A DNA stretch of 64,000 bases, from contig CAMXSN010000002.1 of assembly GCA_947246685.1 (NCBI GenBank), forward strand, positions 21,485 through 85,484. Direction: 5' to 3'. Positions 1-8,917 of the stretch are shown here, in pieces. Under the pieces are notes generated by a model. It saw nothing but the letters and a program-made list of their open reading frames with translations, was not told where the DNA came from and made no database searches. Position 1 is the stretch's first letter. Every line of letters starts with the position of its first letter. This DNA is from an uncultured Clostridia bacterium (GTDB lineage: Bacteria; Bacillota; Clostridia; Christensenellales; UBA3700). The translations under genes and the position numbers were made by a program.

Positions 1-1
1 T

Positions 2-82
2 ACAACTAATCGTGTCGACGGAGAAAAAGGTGGAAACGGATATTACGGAAGTAAAGGCGCTGAAGGAAACGACGGCATTTAA
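2..82 (+). CDS. 3' end of a gene truncated by the window edge; collagen-like Gly-X-Y tail
   Basis: Frame is open from the window edge to TAA at 80-82. It translates ...VDGEKGGNGYYGSKGAEGNDGI* with six consecutive G-X-Y triplets. Same strand as the downstream surface-protein genes. Confidence 0.35.
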   Translation, partial: TTNRVDGEKGGNGYYGSKGAEGNDGI

Positions 83-114
83 TATAAAAATAAAAAACAT
101 ATTGAGGTGTTAAA

Positions 115-1920
115 ATGAAAAAGAAGATTTTACTAACGTTGATTATATGTCTGTCTGTAATTTTTGTTATGGCAGCATGTAATCCAAAGGCAGGAAATGA
201 CGGTCGTACTAAATACGACACACCATCTATGGAATTGTTCGACGCAGAAGTAACTGCGGATTCAATAGAGATTATTTGTGACAAATTTTACGATGAGTAT
301 AAAAACGGCGAGGTCTTGCAATTTAGTCTTCCCAACGGAGATTGGCAGGACAGCCCGCTTTTTGAGGGACTTCTTCCTAATACGTTATACGATATAAGAA
401 TCAGAATAAAGGAAGATAAAGACCATAAAGCGAGCAATTTTGACTATTATTCTGTGAGTACAGCTAAGAAAGAGGCAGCAGTATTGCCTGAACATATAGA
501 CTATACGCAAGAAAACAGAACCGTCACCGTTGAAAAAAATGACGCTTGGGAGTATTGTTTTACAGAAGATGATAGATATAGAAATGCTAATTCTTATACT
601 TATGGTAGCGAGGACGACGGCGAAAGAATCATTAAAGTAAGGACAAAAGGCGATGAAAGCATAAATGCTGGCGATCCGTATGAAATTAAAGTTTACATAA
701 GCGGTTATTATAATGGTTCCGGTACCGAAGAAGATCCATTTTTAATATATACGGTTGAACATTTCAACTCGAGAAAAACTGTGTCCAAAACTAATAACGT
801 TCATATCAAATTGATGAACGATCTTGATTTTACCAACGCTGTAATAAGGGACTGCAATAAATTAGGAGACAGTTTCGACGGCAACGGACATAAAATCAGC
901 AACGCGAAAATTACTAGGGCAACTACCGGAGAGTATATCGTTAAGAACTATGCGGGAATATTTACTCAAATCAAGGAGATCAAAAATCTTACTGCGGAAA
1001 ATATCGTAATAGAACTTGCAGCAGAAAAATGGGATGTAAATTATTCTGTAGGACTGATAGCAGGCGGCGCGCAAGTGGTAGATAATTGCCGTGCGAGCGG
1101 TAGAATAGTATTAAACGATGAATATTCAAAAAGAGGCGTATGCGGTATCGGCGGATTGGTTGGTGAAATGGGTTGCACAAAAGGAGACGTTATTGTAAAC
1201 AATTCATATGCCGACGTTAGTATCGCTTATGAATCTACGACCAATACTAATTTGATATTGAGAGTCGGGGGGTTGTTTGGAGCAGGCGTTGACGGTTACG
1301 TGCAAACTCTAAAGGTATCTCAGAGCGCAGCTAATATAGATGTCGATTTGAAAGGCTTTGTAACTTCGGACGATAGATATACGGGCGTAGGCGGTTTGAT
1401 AGGGGATACCAAAGAAGGTAGCATAGAAAATTGCTATGCTAGCGGAAATATTAAAACAAACGGAGCAGGAGGAAAGGTTGCCGTAGGAGGTTTGACTGCT
1501 GCTGTTTATTCTACTTATGAGAGTTATCGTTGCATCTTCCCCAATATTAAAAATTGCTATTCTACGGTAAATATGGATATTGACGGAACAAACCAAACGG
1601 TAGTCGCCGGTGGAGTCAATCCGATGATGCATAGCAAAACCGGTCCGAAAACTGTCGATAATTGTTTGTTTGCAGGCAATATTTCGATAACTAATTTATC
1701 AGATAGATCCGCTGCAGGCAGCGTATACGGAAAAGATTGCGAGAACATTACGGTTTCCAATTGCTATAATATCAATACTCTTGCCGATTACGTAGACGTA
1801 AGTATGTCTACAGCAGTTGATGAAGCAACTATCAAGAGTGTGGTATGGCAACGAGAAACGTTAAAACTTAGCGAAGAATACTGGGAGCTTGTCGAAGGGA
1901 AATATCCTGAGTTGAAATAG
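115..1920 (+). CDS. surface lipoprotein with GLUG-like repeats
   Basis: 601-aa ORF with GAGGTG just upstream of the ATG. Lipoprotein-type signal ending VMAAC (Cys22). Recurring GGL(I/V/F)G-type motifs (GLIAGG, GIGGLVGE, VGGLFGAG, GVGGLIGD, VGGLTAA) typical of GLUG-motif surface proteins. Confidence 0.8.
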   Translation: MKKKILLTLIICLSVIFVMAACNPKAGNDGRTKYDTPSMELFDAEVTADSIEIICDKFYDEYKNGEVLQFSLPNGDWQDSPLFEGLLPNTLYDIRIRIKEDKDHKASNFDYYSVSTAKKEAAVLPEHIDYTQENRTVTVEKNDAWEYCFTEDDRYRNANSYTYGSEDDGERIIKVRTKGDESINAGDPYEIKVYISGYYNGSGTEEDPFLIYTVEHFNSRKTVSKTNNVHIKLMNDLDFTNAVIRDCNKLGDSFDGNGHKISNAKITRATTGEYIVKNYAGIFTQIKEIKNLTAENIVIELAAEKWDVNYSVGLIAGGAQVVDNCRASGRIVLNDEYSKRGVCGIGGLVGEMGCTKGDVIVNNSYADVSIAYESTTNTNLILRVGGLFGAGVDGYVQTLKVSQSAANIDVDLKGFVTSDDRYTGVGGLIGDTKEGSIENCYASGNIKTNGAGGKVAVGGLTAAVYSTYESYRCIFPNIKNCYSTVNMDIDGTNQTVVAGGVNPMMHSKTGPKTVDNCLFAGNISITNLSDRSAAGSVYGKDCENITVSNCYNINTLADYVDVSMSTAVDEATIKSVVWQRETLKLSEEYWELVEGKYPELK

Positions 1921-1956
1921 GTTTTGCGGAATTTAGGATAATAGAGTATCAAAGTA

Positions 1957-4900
1957 ATGATGAAAGCAGCAAAAATAATTATTTTTATCTTTATTATCAT
2001 TAGCGTGATAGTCGTCGGCGATAATATAATTCTTGCAGATGACTATTGCGCCTATGCGCAAATGCAGAATGAAAATGACGCTTCTGCTCGTACGATAAAT
2101 AATTTTTCTGATTTGGCCGCCATAGCTTCTGATGTAAACGGAGGTAAATATGACGGATATTATGGCTTAACTATTAATCTTGCATGCGATTTGGATATTG
2201 GAGACGATTGTCGATCATTTGACAGCGGTTCCGGATGGATACCTATAGGTACGACAACGTATCCTTTCAAAGGTACGTTTAATGGAAACGGATATAGTAT
2301 CAGCGGTCTATATATAAATAGACCTAACAGCGAAAATGTTGGATTATTCGGTGTTGCAAATGCAAACGCTACAATAGAGAATTTGGAAGTCGATGGTACG
2401 ACTGTTGGCAACAATTATACAGGCGGATTGATAGGATATAGTCAGGCTAAGATTGATAATTGCGTTAGTTGCATATCGGTGTCTGCTCAAAATGATACTT
2501 TACATATCGGAGGAATAGCCGGATATAATTTAGGGAAAATTTCTAAGTCCAAAAATTACGGAAAAGTAAGCGTTGGTTTTTCAACTTTTGTAGGAGGAGT
2601 AACAGGTAGTAATTTAGGAACCATAGATCTGTGTTTCAACGAAGGCGAAATTATTTCATCAAATTCTGTTGTAGGGGGTATTGCGGGAAACAATGCAGGA
2701 AATATCGGAATTTGTATGAATAGCGGAAAAGTTGTAGGTAAGGCGAGTGTAGGCGGCATTGTAGGTAATAATCAAAACTTAATAAATAACGTATTCAGCA
2801 GATGCACAGTCGAATCCGTCAACGGAACTGCCGGCGGGATAGTAGGAAGTAACGAAGCAGTCGGCAATGTTACGTGTTGTGTTGCCGTATGCACAGTCAA
2901 CGGAATGGATGATATTGCGTCTGTTTGCGGTTATAATATGGGGGTAGTGGAAAATTCTTTTTTTGACGATTGTATTTCGACGGCTCCGATAGTTAACGGT
3001 TTAGCTGCAGAAAATTCAAAAGGCTTGACTACTAGATTATTAGTACACGAAGATTCATTGATAAATAAAGAGAAACTATTGTCTCTTAATGTAAACGTTG
3101 ATGGAATTTGGGTAAAACGAAAGAGCGTGGACGGGAAGTTTTTTTATCCCGAATTAAAATATTTTTATGAAAATGAAGTTGATATTTCCACTCGGTTTTC
3201 TGAAGGAATATGTTCATTGCCGAGCGCTGAGGACGTTGAATTAGAAAAGTCGGAATTTGATTATAATGGGGAATGTCATTATATTGTCGTAAAAGTCAAT
3301 GAAATTTGTTTAGAACTCGGGCAGGACTACAACGTAAGGTATTCGGATAATATTAATTCCGGTAAGCATAACGCGAATATAGAGTTTAGCGGCATTTATG
3401 CAGGAATTGTGGAAAAAGAATTCTGTATAAATAAGTCTTTACTTGAAGTTGAATGGGACGAGGATGCATTTTATTATGATGGTCACGAACATAGACCTAA
3501 GTTGAGAATAGTTAGCGGTTTAATCAATAATGACAATATAGAATTTGAATATAACGCTGTTAAATCCGTCAACGTAAACGAATATGAAATTACCGCGCAA
3601 CTATCTGATAATTCGCTTATAAATAGAAATTACGAATTGCCCATAACGATAGGGAAATATAGGATATTGCAAGCTCCGTTAACGATAGGTTGGACAGATG
3701 AAAGCTTTGTTTATAATGGGCAGGTGCAATTTCCTAAAGCGCATGTGTTAACTGGAAAAGTAGAAGACGAGAATATTTCCATCATATATGAATATTTCGA
3801 TAACATAAATGCAGGCGAACAAACAATAAAGGCTTGTCTTGCCCAAACAGATATAAATGCCAATTATACACTTGACGCAAATCCATATACTTATTTAATC
3901 GAACAGAAGCCATTAGATTTAATTTGGGATGACGATGCGCTGTATTATAACGGGGAGGCTCAATTTCCTAAAGTCAAAAGCGTAATCGGAACTGTAAACG
4001 ACGATATAGTTGAGCTTATATATTCCGATTGCTCAAATAATATAAATGCAGATACTGACCGCAAATATATTGTGTCGGTCAAACTTTCCGATATTGAAGT
4101 TAATAATAATTATATTTTGTCAGGGAATAAACACAGCTATGTAATTAACAAAACCAAATTGGTTGTCGACTGGTGGGATACGCCACTGATATATAACGGA
4201 AAGCCACAGTGTCCTAATTACTTTATCGAGAGCGGAATTATAGGTAAAGAAGAAATAATAGTTGAGTATTCAGATTATTCGGCAAATATAAATGCTTGCG
4301 AAGATGACGTATATCAAATTGAAATCGCATTGGCAGATAATTTAATTAATGCAAATTACTTTCTTTCGCAAACGGTCAGAAGTTATGGCATAAGAAAAGC
4401 TGATTTTGATCCTAATAAAGACGTCGAGTTTGATTCAAAGGTATTTGGATACGATGGAGTAGTTAAAAGTATCTTTATTGAAGGCGTACTCCCGTACGGC
4501 GTTTCTGTTGAATATGAAAATAATGGAAAGACAGATATAGGACAGTACACAGTTACGGCAATTTTCAGTATCGACGCTGATAATTATAATCCGTTGATCA
4601 CAAAAATTTTATCGGCTACGCTGTCTATAGCGCAAATGGCTTTTTACGATAGCAAAAGCGATATAACGGCAATAAAGAAAGGCGATGCTATATACGGTTT
4701 GACCATAGGCATAGATCGTTTGGAAAAAACAAGCTTTAATAAAACGGGAAAGAAATTGTTGAAAGCGTATAAGAGTTCTTTTTCAGAAGGAACTGTTGAG
4801 TATAGAATACCTGTTGATAAAGAGTTAATTCAGGGAGGTAATCTTAATGTTTTGTATAAAACAGTATCTGGGGAAATTATCGGAGCTGACTATGTAATAG

Positions 4901-5427
4901 ATAATAACTACATTGTTTTTACTGTTGAAAACGCCGTTGAATTTGCTGTTTTTACAGATTTGAATCTGACTTGGCTTTGGGTCAGTTTGGGGCTAGTCAG
5001 CGTTATCATTATCGTTGTTATTGCTGTAATTTTAATGCGCAGAAAAAAACGTCGACGTGTTAATAAAGTTTTGGAATCGACTAATCTTCAAGATGAAATA
5101 CATTCTCATAAGGTTAATACGGAAAATAGTGTAAACGATTTTCCAGAAACAGAGCATCCGAATAGTATACACAGTGATGGGGCATACAACACTTCTTTTT
5201 ATTTTGACGGTGTATTTTGCTTATCTTATGAATGGTTTATAAAAAGTCTAAGTTTTAAGACGGTTGCTAAACAGAGTCGTATTTGCGCTGGAGATAATGG
5301 CGCGATCTTATTAAAGGAATCGATTTCAAGAGATACTATTTATTGGCAGGGCAAGCGATATAGAGTTAATTCAAAACAATATGATGCATTAATCGAAAGA
5401 GCAAAGGAGGCTATGCGTGAAAGTTAA
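1957..5427 (+). CDS. large membrane-anchored surface protein: GLUG-like repeats + MBG (YDG/YNG-type) repeats + C-terminal TM helix and cytoplasmic tail
   Basis: 1156-aa ORF with an N-terminal hydrophobic signal. GLUG-like motifs are present (GGLIGY, GGIAGY, GGVTGS, GGIAGN, GGIVGN). There are at least five repeats of the form F/L-Y-Y/N-G-x-x-Q/H-x-P ... N-(A/N/R)-N-Y-x-L. A TM segment WLWVSLGLVSVIIIVVIAVILM is followed by RRKKRRR and a tail of about 130 aa. Confidence 0.85.
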   Translation: MMKAAKIIIFIFIIISVIVVGDNIILADDYCAYAQMQNENDASARTINNFSDLAAIASDVNGGKYDGYYGLTINLACDLDIGDDCRSFDSGSGWIPIGTTTYPFKGTFNGNGYSISGLYINRPNSENVGLFGVANANATIENLEVDGTTVGNNYTGGLIGYSQAKIDNCVSCISVSAQNDTLHIGGIAGYNLGKISKSKNYGKVSVGFSTFVGGVTGSNLGTIDLCFNEGEIISSNSVVGGIAGNNAGNIGICMNSGKVVGKASVGGIVGNNQNLINNVFSRCTVESVNGTAGGIVGSNEAVGNVTCCVAVCTVNGMDDIASVCGYNMGVVENSFFDDCISTAPIVNGLAAENSKGLTTRLLVHEDSLINKEKLLSLNVNVDGIWVKRKSVDGKFFYPELKYFYENEVDISTRFSEGICSLPSAEDVELEKSEFDYNGECHYIVVKVNEICLELGQDYNVRYSDNINSGKHNANIEFSGIYAGIVEKEFCINKSLLEVEWDEDAFYYDGHEHRPKLRIVSGLINNDNIEFEYNAVKSVNVNEYEITAQLSDNSLINRNYELPITIGKYRILQAPLTIGWTDESFVYNGQVQFPKAHVLTGKVEDENISIIYEYFDNINAGEQTIKACLAQTDINANYTLDANPYTYLIEQKPLDLIWDDDALYYNGEAQFPKVKSVIGTVNDDIVELIYSDCSNNINADTDRKYIVSVKLSDIEVNNNYILSGNKHSYVINKTKLVVDWWDTPLIYNGKPQCPNYFIESGIIGKEEIIVEYSDYSANINACEDDVYQIEIALADNLINANYFLSQTVRSYGIRKADFDPNKDVEFDSKVFGYDGVVKSIFIEGVLPYGVSVEYENNGKTDIGQYTVTAIFSIDADNYNPLITKILSATLSIAQMAFYDSKSDITAIKKGDAIYGLTIGIDRLEKTSFNKTGKKLLKAYKSSFSEGTVEYRIPVDKELIQGGNLNVLYKTVSGEIIGADYVIDNNYIVFTVENAVEFAVFTDLNLTWLWVSLGLVSVIIIVVIAVILMRRKKRRRVNKVLESTNLQDEIHSHKVNTENSVNDFPETEHPNSIHSDGAYNTSFYFDGVFCLSYEWFIKSLSFKTVAKQSRICAGDNGAILLKESISRDTIYWQGKRYRVNSKQYDALIERAKEAMRES

Positions 5428-8400
5428 AAACTTATTACCTATTATTGTATTGTTGCTGATATCAAGTTTAGTTTGTTTATTTTCCGCATGCAAAGAAGTG
5501 GAGGAGCAAGGAAATGGCAAAGACGTTGAAAATTTTACAAGTTATTGCGTAACATTCAATTTAGGAGACGATTCCTTTACCGTATATAGTAATAATAAAA
5601 CGGGAAAAGTCGATAAACCAGCCGACCCTCAACGAAGTGGTTTTACATTTGCAGGTTGGTATACAACAGTAGATTCTGGAAATATATTTAATTTTGACAG
5701 TATTATTGTAGAAGATACGAATATTTATGCAAGATGGGATAAAAATCCTAACAAAATCAGATTTGAAGGAAATGGGAGCATTTCCGGAACGATGCCGGAT
5801 ATGATTGTAGAGGGGAATACTCCGACAAAATTACCGTTAAATAATTTTTTTAGAGAGGGATATGATTTTATTGGTTGGTCAGATATTGCAAACGGTAGCG
5901 TTAAGAATAAAGATGGCGGATGGTTTTATATGGAAGAAGGGATAGTTACTCTCTTTGCATGTTGGCAACCTAAAAAATATAATGTCGTAATAGATAACGA
6001 AAATGGCGAAGACACGCAAAAAATCGTGGCAACATTCGGCGAATTTTTGCCTCTGTTAAAAATGCCAATAAAGATCGGATACGTTTTTTCGGGATATTAT
6101 TCACAAAAAGATGGAAACGGGGATAAATATATTGATTCATCAATGCAGGGATGTAAAAAGTATTTATTAGCGAACGAAGAAATAACTTTGTTTGCAAAGT
6201 GGATTGAAGCCAAAAACATTATCAATTTTGACGGTAACGGCAATACTGGAGGAAGCACGTTGTGTTTGAGCGCTAAGTCTCACGAGGAAGTTTATTTGCC
6301 GGAATGCGGATTTACCCGCATAGGTTACACATTTATAGGTTGGAACGAATTATCGGATCTAAGCGGCAAAACTTATAAGGTTGGAGACAAATTTGAGATG
6401 CCTGCAAGTAGCGAGCCCATAGTATTGTATGCGGAATGGGTGAATAATAATTATAAAATAGTTCTAGACGATAACTTTTCTGGCGAATATTACGAATTTG
6501 AAATTTCTTATGACGTTGAAATAGAATTGAGGGAAAATACTTATATCAGATACGGATATACTTTTGTGGCATGGAATGACAAAAGCGACGGCTCGGGCAA
6601 TTATTATCAAGACAGGCAAACTATAATAAATTTAACCGAAGAAGCAAATGGAATAATAAGGTTGTTCGCAATTTGGAAGCCAGTTACGGTGCTTGTGCTT
6701 TTTAATAAGTCGGGAGGCAAGGGCGGAACAAGCAGCGCTAATATCACATTTGGCACACAGTTTCCGTTGATTGCCGCGCCTACAAAGGAGGGGTATATTT
6801 TCGGAGGGTATTATGCACAAGAAAACGGAAATGGTAATGAGTATTTAGATTCCCAGCTAGTTCCTATAAAAGTTTCCGATTTAGGGGCAGACGGCATCGA
6901 AGTCTATGCGAATTGGATTCCCAAAGAAAATACGCTGATGCTGTATCCTAACGGCGGCGTTGGGGACATAATAAGTATTGAGACCAAGACTGATGAAGTT
7001 ATTAATTTATATGATTATAGTTTCTATAAAATAGGATATACGCTTATCGGTTGGAATACAAAGGACAATGGCAACGGAGATTTTTATTCTTATGATTCGA
7101 ATTATGTTACTATAGCAAGCAATAATATTATAAAGTTGTATGCCGTTTGGGTTGCAAAATCGGTGATAGTTAAATTTAACGGAAATGGAAGCACTTCGGG
7201 AAACAATGAAGATGAATCTGGATATTGCGATAATGAAATAACTTTGCCGAATTGCGGGTATACAAGAGTGGGATATAAGTTTATTGGATGGAGCAGAACG
7301 AAAAATGGAGACGACGCTCTTCTCCAGCCGAATGCATCATATAAAATCGAGGCGTTGGATAGCGGTCTTATTGAATTCTTTGCTATGTGGGACGTCCAAT
7401 ATTATACCGTTAATTATCTATTAAACGGCGGCGTAAATTCGGCTTATAATCCGGTTAAATATACCTATTTAAGCGGTGATATCGTATTGGATATTCCAAC
7501 CAAAAGAGGGTATGAATTTGTCGGTTGGTATGAGGATGAAGAATTTTTGTCTAAGGTCACCGCGATACCTTCCGGCAGCTTTGGAGACAAAACTTATGTA
7601 GCACAGTGGAATAAAATCACATACAAAATTTTTTATATACTCAATGGGGCAAATGTAGAAAACCCTAATATAATTAATGAGTACGATATAGAAACAGAAA
7701 CCTTTTACCTAAAAGATCCTAAGAAACCCAATTATAATTTTGAGGGATGGGCAGAAGGTAACGTTGTTGAAAAAGGTAGTACGGGAAATAAAACTTTTAC
7801 CGCGCAGTGGAGCGGAGTAAGTTATAGTATAACGTATGTTTTGGACGGCGGCGTTAACGGAGACGGGAATCCGGGAACGTATATGTCGGATAGCGATCAA
7901 ATCGTCCTAAAGAGTCCCACTAAATTAGGATATGTATTTACTGGTTGGACTTGCGTAGATATGGGCATTAATACGCCTACTATGCCAGTAAAAATAGAAA
8001 AAAATAGTAGTGGCGATAGGACTTTTGTTGCACATTGGGATGTTATAAAGTATAGCATCTCTTATGATTTGAACGGTGGGGAGAACTCGGATAAAAATCC
8101 GACGGACTACGATATCACTGATGAAATACTATTAAGTGATCCAACTAAAATTGGGTACAATTTCGATGGCTGGCGAGAAGGTGCATTAGTTGTACAAGGC
8201 AGCACGGGAAATTTGAAGTTTACGGCAGAATGGTCTCCAATAAATTACGAAATATCGATAATTTACGATAAGTCTTTGGAATTGCAGTCAAAAGTAATTA
8301 AATACAATATTGAGAGCAAAGACATTTTGATAAGCGTAGATCCATCTATTGATTGCGGTTACAGTATTCAAGTCGGAGAAGAAATTGAAAGTGTAGTAGT

Positions 8401-8776
8401 ATCGAATAAAAACGGATATATTCTATCCGGATGGTATGAAAATGATAATGAAGGGGATGTTATATCATCATATTTAATTACAACAGGTACTATTGGGGAT
8501 AAGACGATAACGGCGAAATGGGAAATTATAATGTATACGATTGAGTATGATGTTGAGGATGATGCCGTATTTGAAATAGAAAATCCCAATTATTACAATA
8601 TACAATCCGATACAATAGAATTACAACGTCCGACGAGAGAAGGATATATATTTGTGGATTGGGTTGATGAGAATATGGAAGCGGTAAAAATCATCCCGTC
8701 GGGAAGTATTGGAAATATTAAATTAAAGGCAATATGGATATTGGATGAATCTGCGTCCGGTTCGGAGCCGACATAA
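5417..8776 (+). CDS. surface lipoprotein made of about 14 Listeria-Bacteroides (InlB B-repeat / Flg_new) repeats
   Basis: 1119-aa ORF with a GTG start preceded by AAGGAGG. It overlaps the stop of the upstream gene. The signal ends LFSAC. The motif G-Y-x-F-x-G-W recurs (GFTFAGWYT, GYDFIGWSD, GYTFIGWNE, GYKFIGWSR, GYEFVGWYE, GYVFTGWTC, and others). Confidence 0.9.
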   Translation: MKVKNLLPIIVLLLISSLVCLFSACKEVEEQGNGKDVENFTSYCVTFNLGDDSFTVYSNNKTGKVDKPADPQRSGFTFAGWYTTVDSGNIFNFDSIIVEDTNIYARWDKNPNKIRFEGNGSISGTMPDMIVEGNTPTKLPLNNFFREGYDFIGWSDIANGSVKNKDGGWFYMEEGIVTLFACWQPKKYNVVIDNENGEDTQKIVATFGEFLPLLKMPIKIGYVFSGYYSQKDGNGDKYIDSSMQGCKKYLLANEEITLFAKWIEAKNIINFDGNGNTGGSTLCLSAKSHEEVYLPECGFTRIGYTFIGWNELSDLSGKTYKVGDKFEMPASSEPIVLYAEWVNNNYKIVLDDNFSGEYYEFEISYDVEIELRENTYIRYGYTFVAWNDKSDGSGNYYQDRQTIINLTEEANGIIRLFAIWKPVTVLVLFNKSGGKGGTSSANITFGTQFPLIAAPTKEGYIFGGYYAQENGNGNEYLDSQLVPIKVSDLGADGIEVYANWIPKENTLMLYPNGGVGDIISIETKTDEVINLYDYSFYKIGYTLIGWNTKDNGNGDFYSYDSNYVTIASNNIIKLYAVWVAKSVIVKFNGNGSTSGNNEDESGYCDNEITLPNCGYTRVGYKFIGWSRTKNGDDALLQPNASYKIEALDSGLIEFFAMWDVQYYTVNYLLNGGVNSAYNPVKYTYLSGDIVLDIPTKRGYEFVGWYEDEEFLSKVTAIPSGSFGDKTYVAQWNKITYKIFYILNGANVENPNIINEYDIETETFYLKDPKKPNYNFEGWAEGNVVEKGSTGNKTFTAQWSGVSYSITYVLDGGVNGDGNPGTYMSDSDQIVLKSPTKLGYVFTGWTCVDMGINTPTMPVKIEKNSSGDRTFVAHWDVIKYSISYDLNGGENSDKNPTDYDITDEILLSDPTKIGYNFDGWREGALVVQGSTGNLKFTAEWSPINYEISIIYDKSLELQSKVIKYNIESKDILISVDPSIDCGYSIQVGEEIESVVVSNKNGYILSGWYENDNEGDVISSYLITTGTIGDKTITAKWEIIMYTIEYDVEDDAVFEIENPNYYNIQSDTIELQRPTREGYIFVDWVDENMEAVKIIPSGSIGNIKLKAIWILDESASGSEPT

Positions 8777-8917
8777 CAATATAAGCCGAATTTGCGTGTT
8801 AATTCTGCCTAATGAAACAACTACCATGTTTCATTATCTTGGATATTACATAGAAGGCTTAAAATAATCAAAAACTCAATAAGTAATATTATGATATAAA
8901 CTCAGGAGATAATACAT

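Noticed and set aside
5036-5424. Possible NADAR-like similarity of the cytoplasmic tail of the 1156-aa surface protein (DGVFCLSYEWFIKSLSF compared with the DGxxYxSxEHYFQAxKF pattern)
   Set aside because: The resemblance covers only about 20 residues. The putative catalytic His is replaced, and the tail is about half the length of a NADAR domain. This is too weak to claim without a profile search.
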